Of a DNA stretch of 64,000 nucleotides, positions 39,974 to 49,391 are shown piece by piece (within the stretch, counting starts at the first letter, position 1; every line of letters begins with the position of its first letter). This stretch comes from Candidatus Obscuribacterales bacterium (lineage in GTDB: Bacteria; Cyanobacteriota; Vampirovibrionia; Obscuribacterales; Obscuribacteraceae). Location: positions 896,001 through 960,000 of the forward strand of contig CBDDIJ010000003.1 of NCBI GenBank assembly GCA_965228855.1, given 5' to 3'. The position numbers were made by a program, and so were the translations under genes. The notes beneath the pieces were generated by a model, which was given only the letters and a program-made list of their open reading frames with translations, was not told where the DNA came from and did not search any database.

Positions 39974-40675
39974 TCAGGGTGCGCCTGTAGCAAGATGCTG
40001 TGATTCAGCCGCACTTTTGAGTTCCATGAAAATTGAAGGAATGGACTCTCTCACCAATTTCTTCATCAACACTTGTGGATAGAGAAATCCTCCATCAACG
40101 TGTTTTGCGTAGGTGACGAGTGTGGCCTGCCCATCTTTTAGTGGTTGGAGCTTCCAGTAACCTTCGTTGGCCTGGAATGCACCTCTGACTCGCTTCCATT
40201 CGATGAGCTCTTGTTCCTTCTCCGTCACCGTGAGAGTGTACTCGAACTTGAACAGGTTGCCCAGAGACCGGGTGGTGAAGGCGACTAACTTAGTTGATCC
40301 GGAACTGGAAATCAGTTTCGATTTGCTGAGATTAGAAAAAATGCCGGCGGCGCCGTTGTAATCAGTCAAAACATTCCATACACGGGCAGGGCTTGCTTCC
40401 ACTATGACCGTGCTGGTAGTGAAGACTTTTTTCCCGACCTTCTCTTCGCCGATGACGAATTTTGAAAGTGAACGTCCCAGTACAACTTTAGATGAGGATA
40501 CTTCAGTTGATGATACCTCTTCAGCCTGCACCGCATACGGTGACAAGCAGACCACCGCTACCAGTGTCAATAAAGCAAACGTGGCTGCTTGGCTAGACAC
40601 TCTAGTCATTAAGATCTCCGGCATGAGGTTGGTTTTTGGAGTATACGTGAGGAGATCCATAGAATTGCCATTCAT
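39974..40675 (-). CDS. SRPBCC/START (polyketide cyclase-like) lipid-binding protein, probably exported
   Basis: VEASPARVWNVLTDY, GAFQANEGYWKL and TLVTY, with a hydrophobic N-terminal signal. Start uncertain. Confidence 0.8.
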   Translation of the reverse strand: MNGNSMDLLTYTPKTNLMPEILMTRVSSQAATFALLTLVAVVCLSPYAVQAEEVSSTEVSSSKVVLGRSLSKFVIGEEKVGKKVFTTSTVIVEASPARVWNVLTDYNGAAGIFSNLSKSKLISSSGSTKLVAFTTRSLGNLFKFEYTLTVTEKEQELIEWKRVRGAFQANEGYWKLQPLKDGQATLVTYAKHVDGGFLYPQVLMKKLVRESIPSIFMELKSAAESQHLATGAP

Positions 40676-40776
40676 ATCCGTATCCTTGTATCCTGACTAT
40701 CGGTCTGCTTGAAGTTCAATGCGATCACCAGAAAGAATCCTGCGGCTTGTACCACTTCCATCAGACCACGCGCGAA

Positions 40777-40932
40777 GTTAAAGTCCGGTGAACTACTGTC
40801 CGATGTCAATGCAACAAAATGACTATGTTTGTCGCACTACACGGGCACCTCAAATAGTACCAGTATCCATTCCAATGCGAATGACCATCTGGGAAACTCG
40901 TCTACCACTGCGAGTTTTCACCGGACTTTAAC
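40777..40932. promoter_or_regulatory. Perfect 16-bp inverted repeat flanking a divergent promoter region
   Basis: GTTAAAGTCCGGTGAA at 40777-40792 and its exact reverse complement at 40917-40932. Confidence 0.7.
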
Positions 40933-41050
40933 AGTTATCGTGGTTTGATTAAAGTAGCACCCCCCTGAATTTTCAATTCGGCGGGACAGAGTCGATCGTT
41001 ATTTTGCGGTGGCTGTTCAATCAATTCATAGAGAAACCTCGGGAGGTTTT

Positions 41051-41308
41051 ATGTTAGCTTTTATTTTTTATCTGCTCATCGCCGCTGTGTGCGCATTCAT
41101 AGCTGGGAAATTGGTGCCCGGCATAATTCCAGGCGGATTCTTCGCATCGGCAGTCATTGGAGTAATTGGTGCCTGGCTTGGCAGTAGTATGCTCGGCTCC
41201 GTCGGTCCGGCTCTAGCCGGCGTCTCACTTCTTCCGTGTATTCTCGGATCCGCGGTTCTGGTTTTCGCCTTTTCGCTATTGAGTGGAGGATTCAGACGTG
41301 GAGCCTGA
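41051..41308 (+). CDS. GlsB/YeaQ/YmgE-family (transglycosylase-associated) stress membrane protein
   Basis: GGAGG RBS, 85 aa, hydrophobic and Gly-rich: IAGKLVPG...GVIGAWLG...ILGSAVL. Confidence 0.85.
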   Translation: MLAFIFYLLIAAVCAFIAGKLVPGIIPGGFFASAVIGVIGAWLGSSMLGSVGPALAGVSLLPCILGSAVLVFAFSLLSGGFRRGA

Positions 41309-41343
41309 TCTGGTTCTCAAACAAATCTGTCGGAGTATAAACC

Positions 41344-41577
41344 ATGTGTAGTGCTGATATATTCGACCGACCTAAGTCTCAACAGGAAGTCTGCGAGGCT
41401 GAGTCGACCGAAAGTCTCTTCCTCGTTTGGGACAGTATCTGTGGCTATTACGATCGCGGACAGATAACCAAAATCGACTTGGAAGAAATGAAGGATCTGG
41501 TCTGGTCACGGATGTCCATTCTTAAGGTGCTGCGATCTGCCGCCGAACAATCGTTCACTGAACGACTGGCAAGTTAG
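41344..41577 (+). CDS. Hypothetical protein (77 aa)
   Basis: GGAG RBS, ATG start, co-oriented with the upstream gene. Confidence 0.6.
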   Translation: MCSADIFDRPKSQQEVCEAESTESLFLVWDSICGYYDRGQITKIDLEEMKDLVWSRMSILKVLRSAAEQSFTERLAS

Positions 41578-41609
41578 CTGTTGCATCGCGATAATGAAGC
41601 ACGAGCAAG

Positions 41610-41726
41610 GTTAAAGTCCGGTGAAAACCTGCACAGGAAGGCGAAGTGACGCAAAATAACACTTTTAAACTTTTGTGTTTATCGAAAAATCGAGATAAAG
41701 TTTCTTCTTTTTCACCGGAGTTTCAC
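41610..41726. promoter_or_regulatory. Second inverted pair of the same 16-bp motif, upstream of the patatin gene
   Basis: GTTAAAGTCCGGTGAA at 41610-41625 (exact) and TTCACCGGAGTTTCAC at 41711-41726 (14/16). Confidence 0.65.
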
Positions 41727-41795
41727 GTCGCTCGAAGTCAAATGAATCCATACGAGCGAATGAATCGGTGTTCGCATTTTCGACGAGGTACTCTA

Positions 41796-43070
41796 ATGTC
41801 CTTCCTTCACAAAGCCCTGTTCGTACTCAGTGCTGTCGTACTGATAAACCTGGCTTGCATTTCAGTTTCTTTAGCTCAACAGCAGAGTGAAGATTCTGTC
41901 GCCGAGCGCTCGAGAGATACTCACGCTATTGATGTATTTCCGAATTTCGACGTTCCGCACGGAGAGGCACCAACCAAGACGGTTGAGAAAGCGGCAGAGA
42001 GACAGATAGAAGAGAGCATAGCCGCTGATAAGAACACAACCGAAGCGGTTGAGCCAAGTGGTACCGGTAAGGTGATCGTCACGACAAAACAAAAGCAGGA
42101 CGCTTCCGGAGAGTCGACAAATGTGGGGCGAGATAATCCTCAGGATCAATTTCAAGTACCGACCGCATTGGAAGTTCGTCGCCCCACGGTTGCTCTGGCG
42201 CTGGGGGGTGGAGGAGTTAGAGGTGGAGCTCATGTTGGCGTTCTAAGAGTCTTGAAAGAACAAGGCATCCCGATAGACTACATCGTCGGCAATAGTATGG
42301 GCGCCATTGTCGGTGGCCTCTATGCGGCCGGCGTGTCGATAGACGACATCGAAAAGATCATGCTGAATGGATCTCTGCGCAAATCGTACATGGGAATGAT
42401 TCCACCCAAGCTTTTAATCAGTCCGCTTATAAAATTGAGGCATCCTTTCAAAAAACATTATGCCGGATTATGGACGGGCAATAAATTTGGGAGGTTTCTG
42501 GAAAAACAATTGCCTGCCGGCATTGAAAATGTTGAAGATACACCAATACCATTTTCTGCTGTAGCCACAAATCTTATTGATGGTAAGGCCTATAGGATCA
42601 GCGACGGAAAACTCTCCACTGCGATCAGAGCGAGTTCAACCATTCCACCCCTTCTCCAACCGGTGGCCATCAAAGATAAAGTCTATGTCGACGGCGGCGT
42701 GCGAGCAAATCTTCCGGCGTCAGCAGCGCGTGATACGGGAGCGGACATTGTCATTGCAGTCCTGGTAGATGAGCCGCTGCGAGAATTGCCCGCCACACAA
42801 TTTCGAAAAATCAGTGGCATCATCGGACGTCTCGGCGATGTGATGCTGGCAGTTGCCGATGCGCGACAGTTGCCATTTGCCGATGTAATTATCAATCCTG
42901 ACGTCAGTGGATTGCCAGTGTTAAACGGCAGCGCAGATGACGCACGAAAGGCTGTACTTGCAGGTGAGATGGCGACTCGAAAAGCAATGCCGGAGATCAA
43001 GAAAAGAATGTTGCGCCAGATCAAACGTGGAGCTGTGGCGGCAACGAAAAGTTCCAGCAGACCAAGGTGA
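41796..43070 (+). CDS. Exported patatin-like phospholipase (RssA/NTE type)
   Basis: LALGGGGVRG, nucleophile elbow GNSMG and DGG motif. GAGG RBS and signal peptide from ATG 41796. Confidence 0.92.
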   Translation: MSFLHKALFVLSAVVLINLACISVSLAQQQSEDSVAERSRDTHAIDVFPNFDVPHGEAPTKTVEKAAERQIEESIAADKNTTEAVEPSGTGKVIVTTKQKQDASGESTNVGRDNPQDQFQVPTALEVRRPTVALALGGGGVRGGAHVGVLRVLKEQGIPIDYIVGNSMGAIVGGLYAAGVSIDDIEKIMLNGSLRKSYMGMIPPKLLISPLIKLRHPFKKHYAGLWTGNKFGRFLEKQLPAGIENVEDTPIPFSAVATNLIDGKAYRISDGKLSTAIRASSTIPPLLQPVAIKDKVYVDGGVRANLPASAARDTGADIVIAVLVDEPLRELPATQFRKISGIIGRLGDVMLAVADARQLPFADVIINPDVSGLPVLNGSADDARKAVLAGEMATRKAMPEIKKRMLRQIKRGAVAATKSSSRPR

Positions 43071-43256
43071 TAGTTGATGCTAGCAACAGCTTGATACTAA
43101 ATCTGGTGACATGCAACAATGTCAATTTAAAACCAATTTTAGCAATGTACCTTGCTTGACTTAAAACCTTTCGGTGTCCATCACAACTGGGTCACTAAAT
43201 GTTCCGGTTACCTAAGCGGAGAGTAGATCGAGACACATCATCGAATCTAAAACCAT

Positions 43257-43487
43257 TTACGCCCTCACAGCTGGAGTCGTGAATAGTTTGCGCTCACGAT
43301 CCGCCGCAAAAGCCAAGCATGCGCGGATATCGTCTGTTGTAAGTTCGGGAAAATCCGAAATAATTTCATTAGACATCCCGCTAGCAAGATACTCAAGTAT
43401 ATCTGACACCGTGATGCGCAAGCCTCTGATGCACGGTTTGCCACTCCGTTTGCCAGGTTCGATGGTAATGATTTCTTGGTAGTTCAT
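43257..43487 (-). CDS. DUF433-family antitoxin-like protein, orphan
   Basis: ITIEPGKRSGKPCIRGLRITVSDILEYLASGM...FPELT.DDIRACLAFAA. Confidence 0.88.
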   Translation of the reverse strand: MNYQEIITIEPGKRSGKPCIRGLRITVSDILEYLASGMSNEIISDFPELTTDDIRACLAFAADRERKLFTTPAVRA

Positions 43488-43553
43488 GATTTTGCGGGAG
43501 TCAATTTGTGTCAGCCAAAGGTTGAGGCTAGAAAATGCGATCCCGAAAAAGAC

Positions 43554-43627
43554 CGCGCCCTGTAGGACTCGAACCTACGACCTCTTGGTTCGAAGCCAAG
43601 CACTCTATCCAGCTGAGCTAAGGGCGC
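43554..43627 (-). tRNA. tRNA-Arg, anticodon TCG
   Basis: Cloverleaf GCGCCCT-TA-GCTCAGCTGGATAGAGT-G-CTTGG-CTTCGAA-CCAAG-AGGTC-GTAGG-TTCGAGT-CCTAC-AGGGCGC-G. CCA not encoded. Confidence 0.95.
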
Positions 43628-43740
43628 ATAGAGTGGAGATCGTACCGATATAAGCTGTCTACGTCAAGTTCCGTTCGGAAACCGGGTGATTTCAAGATGC
43701 AGAGAATCGCGCGGTGCGCGGTCGGAGCAGGAGGAAGCGG

Positions 43741-43816
43741 CCGGAGCCGCCCGGAGCCGCCCGAGTCTCCCGAGCAGCCCAAGCAGCCCAAGCAGCCCAA
43801 GCAGCCCAAGCAGCCG
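43741..43816. repeat. Short tandem repeats (2 x CCGGAGCCGC; about 5 x AAGCAGCCC)
   Basis: Read directly from the sequence; intergenic. Confidence 0.85.
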
Positions 43817-43923
43817 GACACGTTTTTATCTGATGTCGCCGAAAGAAAAGAGACCAGGCTTTTGGCCTGGTCTCGTGAGGCGTGGAGGAAAGGTTTCACG
43901 CGTCAGTTTTCAGATGGAGTTAA

Positions 43924-44547
43924 CTACACTTGATCGGGTGCAGCCGGCGCTTCAGAGGAAGCCGGTGCGTCCGGTCCGGGTTTCGGTCCACCAAATCCAC
44001 GGGGACCGGGACCTTTGCGGAAGCCGTCTTTGCCACCATGATGGAATTTGCTTTTGAAGTGACCACCGTGGTGTCCGCCGCGATGATGCGGACCGAAGCT
44101 CCGTTTCAGCGAGAACTCTCTGATTTTTGCTTTTTGATCGTCGGTCAGAACCGCCATGCGGTCAGCCATGAATCCGACTCTATTTGTCGAGAGTTGAGAC
44201 TTGATGTCATTGATCTTCGACTGCAACGCGAGCAGTTCGCTTTTGGAAACGCCGGGCTTCGTCATGTCATCACGCAACTCTTTAGATAGCGTCATGAGCT
44301 CGGTTTTCTTCGGAGCGTTGGCTTTCTCGAAGTCGAGTTTCATGGTGTTCATCTTCTCTAGCTGGTCGGTTGTGATTCCTAGTGCTTCAAACATGCCACC
44401 GCGTTTCGGACCGCATTTCCCTGTCGGGCAGCCCTTCTTGGCTCCGGCATCAACTGTTGTCGTGCTATCTGCAGCGCTTACAGTGTTGAAAACTCCTGCT
44501 GCCGAGATTGCTACAGCTGCAAGAAATGCGATTTTGCTTCTATTCAT
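43924..44547 (-). CDS. Spy/CpxP/ZraP-like periplasmic chaperone with His/Gly-rich tail
   Basis: Signal peptide, LGITTDQ and VLTDDQ (LTxxQ) motifs, C-terminal HHRGGHHGGH. Confidence 0.8.
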   Translation of the reverse strand: MNRSKIAFLAAVAISAAGVFNTVSAADSTTTVDAGAKKGCPTGKCGPKRGGMFEALGITTDQLEKMNTMKLDFEKANAPKKTELMTLSKELRDDMTKPGVSKSELLALQSKINDIKSQLSTNRVGFMADRMAVLTDDQKAKIREFSLKRSFGPHHRGGHHGGHFKSKFHHGGKDGFRKGPGPRGFGGPKPGPDAPASSEAPAAPDQV

Positions 44548-44735
44548 TTGAGACCTTCCTTGTCTTTGTTTTTTTGTTTTTGGGGGGAGAACTAGCTTGT
44601 GATGGCAAGCTTCACTGACACCGATCGGTCGTTGCAGTTTCTGGAACGTTCGAGAGGTGCACTATATATGGTGTTATGCTTTATTCTGTTTTTCGAATAT
44701 TCAGTTGTTGAGTCGCTATTCTTGCGATTTGAATC

Positions 44736-45038
44736 TTAGAAAATCCGATTGATGATTCGTGAAACTACTCCGGGACGGTTGTTGTAATAACCGTTGTAAT
44801 AGTTGTTGCCGCAGGAAGCGCCGTTGTTCCATCCATTGCCGAGAATCGGTGTACCGATCAAGCGGTTGGTTGTGCGGTTGATGAAACGGCTCAAGCCGCC
44901 CTGGTTGTAATAACCACTGTTGTTATAGTAGTTACCATAACCGTAGTTATTGTAGTATTGGGCAGACGCTGTTTGGGTGAGGGCTCCAGCTGCTAGCAGG
45001 GAACCCGCGATCAGCATTGCGTTGATCTTCTTTTTCAT
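44736..45038 (-). CDS. Small secreted Tyr/Asn/Gly-rich protein (100 aa)
   Basis: GGGAGG RBS; signal MKKKINAML...ASA; mature part of low complexity. Confidence 0.75.
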   Translation of the reverse strand: MKKKINAMLIAGSLLAAGALTQTASAQYYNNYGYGNYYNNSGYYNQGGLSRFINRTTNRLIGTPILGNGWNNGASCGNNYYNGYYNNRPGVVSRIINRIF

Positions 45039-45184
45039 TTTAGGTTCCTCCCTTTTCATTCGATCACTCGTTCGTGACCTTCTAATATCAAGTACGTAAT
45101 TTCGGTTCAAAAAGTTCAATTTACTAGATTAACAGTCTCTAATGTCACTCTGGAAATCTCAGCTGTTCCTATATAGTAGTTGAG

Positions 45185-45205
45185 ATAGTTCCTTTTACTG
45201 ACTAT
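45185..45205. promoter_or_regulatory. Possible MarR operator
   Basis: ATAGT-N11-ACTAT palindrome, 14 nt upstream of the marR start. Confidence 0.35.
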
Positions 45206-45219
45206 TTGCACCACTGAGA

Positions 45220-45675
45220 ATGACTGACGAAGAAGTCTCAAATTTGATTCCGCCCGCCTTCATGGAGAGCCCTGGGTTTCTCCTTAATACGGCTGGGAAG
45301 CTGCTATTACAGCGTGTTTCCGCATCTCTTAAACCTTCCGGTTTAACGGTTCAGGAGTACGGACTTTTGCGAATCATATCTATAGAAGGCCCGGTTACTC
45401 AGAATGCCTTTGCCGCCAAATGGGCCATTGACCGGACAACTGTCACGGAAATCGTTGATGGTTTGGAGCAGCGCGGCGTTATCATTCGCCTGAAGAGCAA
45501 AACAGATCGGCGTTACAACGAATTGCACCTCACACCTTCTGGGAAGAAACTGCTGGCGCGTGTTGTAAAAATCGTCGACAAGGCGAATGCCGCGTTTCTG
45601 CAGCCTTTAGATGATAGGGAGTGGCAACTTTTGCGTGACAGTTTGGTGAAGCTAATTGTCGCCAGCAAGGCTTGA
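45220..45675 (+). CDS. MarR-family transcriptional regulator
   Basis: GLTVQEY, IDRTTVTEIVDGLEQRG, DRR and LTPSG motifs. Confidence 0.92.
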   Translation: MTDEEVSNLIPPAFMESPGFLLNTAGKLLLQRVSASLKPSGLTVQEYGLLRIISIEGPVTQNAFAAKWAIDRTTVTEIVDGLEQRGVIIRLKSKTDRRYNELHLTPSGKKLLARVVKIVDKANAAFLQPLDDREWQLLRDSLVKLIVASKA

Positions 45676-45731
45676 AAGCGTTTGTCTCATTGAGGAAAAC
45701 GGCGACCAGCGATTGCGTCTGCGTCTCCTAA

Positions 45732-45815
45732 GCGGTGGTAGCGACTGCCGCTCCTCAGCGGTGGTAGCGAGCGTCGCCCGACGCGGCGGTAGCGACTGCG
45801 TCGCCCGACGCGGTG
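45732..45815. repeat. Three GC-rich 25-27 bp tandem units between convergent genes
   Basis: Units begin GCGGYGGTAGCGA. The first unit folds into a hairpin. Confidence 0.75.
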
Positions 45816-45828
45816 CCGACTCGTTATG

Positions 45829-47397
45829 CTAATCCGACTGCAGAACGATGGCGCGGATGTGCATGTCGGCGAGGTCCAGCTCGTTTTGCAGTTGTTGAAA
45901 TAGATGCTCATCAATCTCGTTGCTATCGCGCATATTTAGCAGAACCCTTCGCTGCGAATCAACCGCTATTGTTTCTAGCTTAGTCACCATCTCATTTTCG
46001 GTCTCATCGCGCGCCACCATATTTAGTGTCGCGACGTGAACATATGTGTTGACGACGCGCTGGAACGTGGGGTCAGTTCTGTCCATCCCTTCGCGTGTAG
46101 CGGCTTCATCCAGCGCTCGAATGGCTTCCTTGGTAAGTTTGAGACGCACCATGCGCTCGGTTTCCTCCGCATTCATCTCCTCAGGGTCAAGATTCAACAT
46201 TCTTAGAACGAATGGCAGGGTGCCGCCCTGAACAAACAGAGAAAATGCGATTACTACAATTGTGAGAAAAATGAGTAGGTTTCTGTAAGGGAAAGGTTCG
46301 CCGCCAGAGATCGTGAGCGGAAGTGAAAGTGCCGCCGCCAGTGATACCACGCCGCGCATGCCGCACCAGGAAAAAATAATCACTCTCTTCCAACTCGGTA
46401 CAGGTTGTCCGATCAGGCGCCTGGACTGATATGTGAAGTACGTCCAGACAAGACGAAGAATTAGCGACGTGACGATAACTGCGATCGCAGAAACCACCAG
46501 CTGATCTAGTGGGTATTTCAGCACCTTCAGCGCAACAGGTTTTACCTCCAATCCGATTAAGAGGAATGTGAACCCGTTCAAAATGTAAGCAATCGAGTCC
46601 CAATTCGCTCGTGCTTGAACGCGAGCCGATGATGATAACATGCGCGGGCCGTGCGCTCCCAGGAGTAGTCCTGCTGTTACGACGGCGATAATTCCGGAGA
46701 CTTTGAAGTGTTCTGCGGCAAGATACACCACAAATGGTGACAAAAAGGATGCAATAATTTCGGAGGGGCGGTGGCTTACTTCTGTTCTTATTCGACGCAA
46801 AAACAACCCTAGAATTAAACCGAGCCCGACGCCGCCAAGTCCGACATAAAGCAGCGATACGCTTGCGTTCCATACCGAAAAAAGTCCCGTGACGGCCGCC
46901 GCAACTGCGACTTGATAGCCGACCAGACCGGTAGCGTCATTGACCAGGCTCTCTCCGCGAATGATATCCATCGTCTTCGCTGGTATGGTGGAGCCCCGGG
47001 TGACGGCGGAGACGGAGACGGCATCCGTAGGGGAAACAATCGCACCAAACGTTAATGCAATTGCCCAGGGAATTCCGGGAATTACCATTTTAAGTGCTGC
47101 GGCGACACCAAAGATGGTGACTATTACCAGACCAATTGCCTGAGCGGAGACTAAGTCGCCAACGTCTTTCAGCTTTTTCCAGGGCGTTTGATACGCTTCT
47201 ATATAGAGAAGTGGTGGAAGTATGACGAAGAAGATCAGCTGCGGATCAAGTTCTATTTGCGGCCCATTGGGGATTATGGAAAGGAGGATGCCCGCAAAGA
47301 TCAACAGCATGGGCAACGGCGCCTTAAACCGCTCAGCAAGAACCCCTACAATTCCCACCGCCGCTAAGAGGAGCGTAAGTGTTTCAACCTGATGCAT
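45829..47397 (-). CDS. CPA1-family Na+/H+ antiporter (NhaP/YjcE-like)
   Basis: LPPLLY, SPTDAV, GESLVNDA, GMRGVVSLAAAL and multiple TM helices. Confidence 0.93.
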   Translation of the reverse strand: MHQVETLTLLLAAVGIVGVLAERFKAPLPMLLIFAGILLSIIPNGPQIELDPQLIFFVILPPLLYIEAYQTPWKKLKDVGDLVSAQAIGLVIVTIFGVAAALKMVIPGIPWAIALTFGAIVSPTDAVSVSAVTRGSTIPAKTMDIIRGESLVNDATGLVGYQVAVAAAVTGLFSVWNASVSLLYVGLGGVGLGLILGLFLRRIRTEVSHRPSEIIASFLSPFVVYLAAEHFKVSGIIAVVTAGLLLGAHGPRMLSSSARVQARANWDSIAYILNGFTFLLIGLEVKPVALKVLKYPLDQLVVSAIAVIVTSLILRLVWTYFTYQSRRLIGQPVPSWKRVIIFSWCGMRGVVSLAAALSLPLTISGGEPFPYRNLLIFLTIVVIAFSLFVQGGTLPFVLRMLNLDPEEMNAEETERMVRLKLTKEAIRALDEAATREGMDRTDPTFQRVVNTYVHVATLNMVARDETENEMVTKLETIAVDSQRRVLLNMRDSNEIDEHLFQQLQNELDLADMHIRAIVLQSD

Positions 47398-47501
47398 TGA
47401 TTCTGGTCGAGATCTTTCCTCCGACGAAGTCGAATGCGGTAGAGTTTTCGTAAGGATGTTCTCTCATGGGTCTCCTAGTTCGTTTCACGAAGAAACGATT
47501 G

Positions 47502-48338
47502 TCACCATTGCCGAACGGCGCCACCGTCTATGGTGATAGTTGTTCCTGTAATAAATTCTGCTCGCGGCGATGCGAGAAACGCTACGAGCGCTCCGAGATC
47601 TTCCGGCTTTCCAAACTTCTTCATTGGTGAATAGTCTGCCCAGTCTTGTAAAACGCTTTCTCTCGGAACCTTCTGGCTATCAGCATATTGCTGAGCGAGT
47701 CCCTGGACTAAGGGGGTGTCGAAATAGCCGGGACAAATTACGTTAGCAGTAATGCCGTCTGCCGCGTACTCGGTAGCGATGCATTTAGCGAGCGCGTTTA
47801 AACCGGTTCTCAATGTACTTTGAATGACTGATGATTTTTCCGCTTCCAGTCCAAATATCGATCCTAGAAAAATAATTCGACCGTAGTTATTTCGCTTCAT
47901 TGCGGGGATTAGCAACCTCGGTAAAATTATAGCTGGACGAAGCAGCAGGTCGATGCCTCGTTGCCACTGTTCATCCGTCGCAACGCTAAACGGATAGGTC
48001 GGTGGATGTCCGGTGCTCAGCACGAGAACATCGATATCTCCGAAGGCCTTTTGCGATTCGTCTACAATTCGATTTAAATCGCTCTCGTTGGTTAGGTCAG
48101 CCGCCAGACCAACGCATCGGGGGGGATCGCTATTATTTTCAGAGTCGGATGCGGAAGTTTGAAATTTCGCATTAACGGCATCCTGGAGTTTTTGCACAGC
48201 ATCAGCAACTTTGTCTTCAGCCCTCGAGCAAATCGAAACGTTGGCGCCCTCGTCGGCAAGTGCTTGAGCGCAGGCGAAACCTAGCCCGTAGCTGGCGCCG
48301 GTTACTATAACGTTTTTGCCGTTCAGATCTAGCTTCAT
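47502..48338 (-). CDS. SDR-family oxidoreductase
   Basis: TGASYGLG, NVICPG and ITGTTITIDGG. The catalytic YxxxK is replaced by SxxxR (atypical subgroup). Confidence 0.9.
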   Translation of the reverse strand: MKLDLNGKNVIVTGASYGLGFACAQALADEGANVSICSRAEDKVADAVQKLQDAVNAKFQTSASDSENNSDPPRCVGLAADLTNESDLNRIVDESQKAFGDIDVLVLSTGHPPTYPFSVATDEQWQRGIDLLLRPAIILPRLLIPAMKRNNYGRIIFLGSIFGLEAEKSSVIQSTLRTGLNALAKCIATEYAADGITANVICPGYFDTPLVQGLAQQYADSQKVPRESVLQDWADYSPMKKFGKPEDLGALVAFLASPRAEFITGTTITIDGGAVRQW

Positions 48339-48412
48339 TTTGTTGGTTGAAAAGAGTGGGCTGGCGATGAGTTCGCGCAGCGACTTGCTCGACTTAAGCA
48401 GTTAAGGATACC

Positions 48413-49372
48413 ATGCGGACTGTGATGCCTAAACGTGGTAAAGTCGTTGCTGTTCCTCTAAAGAAGGTTCAGAAAGTGGTCGCCAAGAATAAAAACTTCC
48501 TGGTCGTCAACGCGTTTGCCGATGGTCCGTTCGGCGGAAATCCTGCCGGAGTTTTTCCGGATGCGCAAGGACTCGATGATGTGACAATGCAGGCTTATGC
48601 CAAGCAGCTAAACCTGGTCGAGAGTGTATTTGTCACCAGATCCGCCGAGGCTGACTTTCGCTTGCGCTACTTCACACCTAACGGTGAGGTACCGATTGCT
48701 GGACATCCTAGTGTTGCGGCGTGGATGGCGTTGCATCACAGAAAGTTGATTGATACCACTAAGAAATCTCACTATACTCAGATTAACAAAGCCGGAATTC
48801 AGGAAATTCATTTCGACCTGAGTAGTAGCGATCATCCAATGGTCACTATGAAACAGCCCACGCCACGCTTCCTGGAAGGTCAGTTCGATAGCGAGCACGT
48901 TGCGTCTGTTTTGGGCCTTGAAGAAAAACATATTGATACGCAGCTTCCGATCCATGCTGTTGATTGTGGGCTCGGTCATCTAATCGTACCGATTCGAACA
49001 CTCGAAGCTTTGATGATGGTAAAGCGTCATGTTGAGCCCTTGCGAAAACTGTGTCAGCAAGCCGGAGTCCGGGAGGCGCAGATCTTTTGTTTTGAAACTC
49101 TAAACAAGTCCTACAATATTCACACACGCAATATTTGTCCGCGCGAGGGATTGGAAGACCCTGCATGTGGCAACGGAAACGGCGCTTTGGCTGCCTATCT
49201 CGGGCGATACTGCTGGACCGAGCGTAAGGATTTTACGATTCGTGCCGAGCAAGGAAATGTCATCCACATGCCGTCAGTGATTTTTACGCGAGCTGTGCGC
49301 ACCGGAAAACAGTTCGAGGTGTTTGTCGGCGGGACTGCCGTCGTGATGCTGGAAGGCGAGTTTAAGGTTTAG
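48413..49372 (+). CDS. PhzF-family isomerase/epimerase
   Basis: NAF...FGGNPAGV, LRYFTP..EVPIAGH, EDPACG and EQG. Confidence 0.92.
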   Translation: MRTVMPKRGKVVAVPLKKVQKVVAKNKNFLVVNAFADGPFGGNPAGVFPDAQGLDDVTMQAYAKQLNLVESVFVTRSAEADFRLRYFTPNGEVPIAGHPSVAAWMALHHRKLIDTTKKSHYTQINKAGIQEIHFDLSSSDHPMVTMKQPTPRFLEGQFDSEHVASVLGLEEKHIDTQLPIHAVDCGLGHLIVPIRTLEALMMVKRHVEPLRKLCQQAGVREAQIFCFETLNKSYNIHTRNICPREGLEDPACGNGNGALAAYLGRYCWTERKDFTIRAEQGNVIHMPSVIFTRAVRTGKQFEVFVGGTAVVMLEGEFKV

Positions 49373-49391
49373 AGGAATACGGAAGGACCGA

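Noticed and set aside
27815..43553. Intact integrative element anchored at tRNA-Arg
   Set aside because: No integrase, transposase or duplicated tRNA end was found by eye. Only accessory-type gene content supports it.
43618..44057. ORFs encoding PKQPKQ, CLGCLG or SSPSSP repeats
   Set aside because: They are by-products of a 9-bp tandem repeat that is open in several frames, with no convincing RBS.
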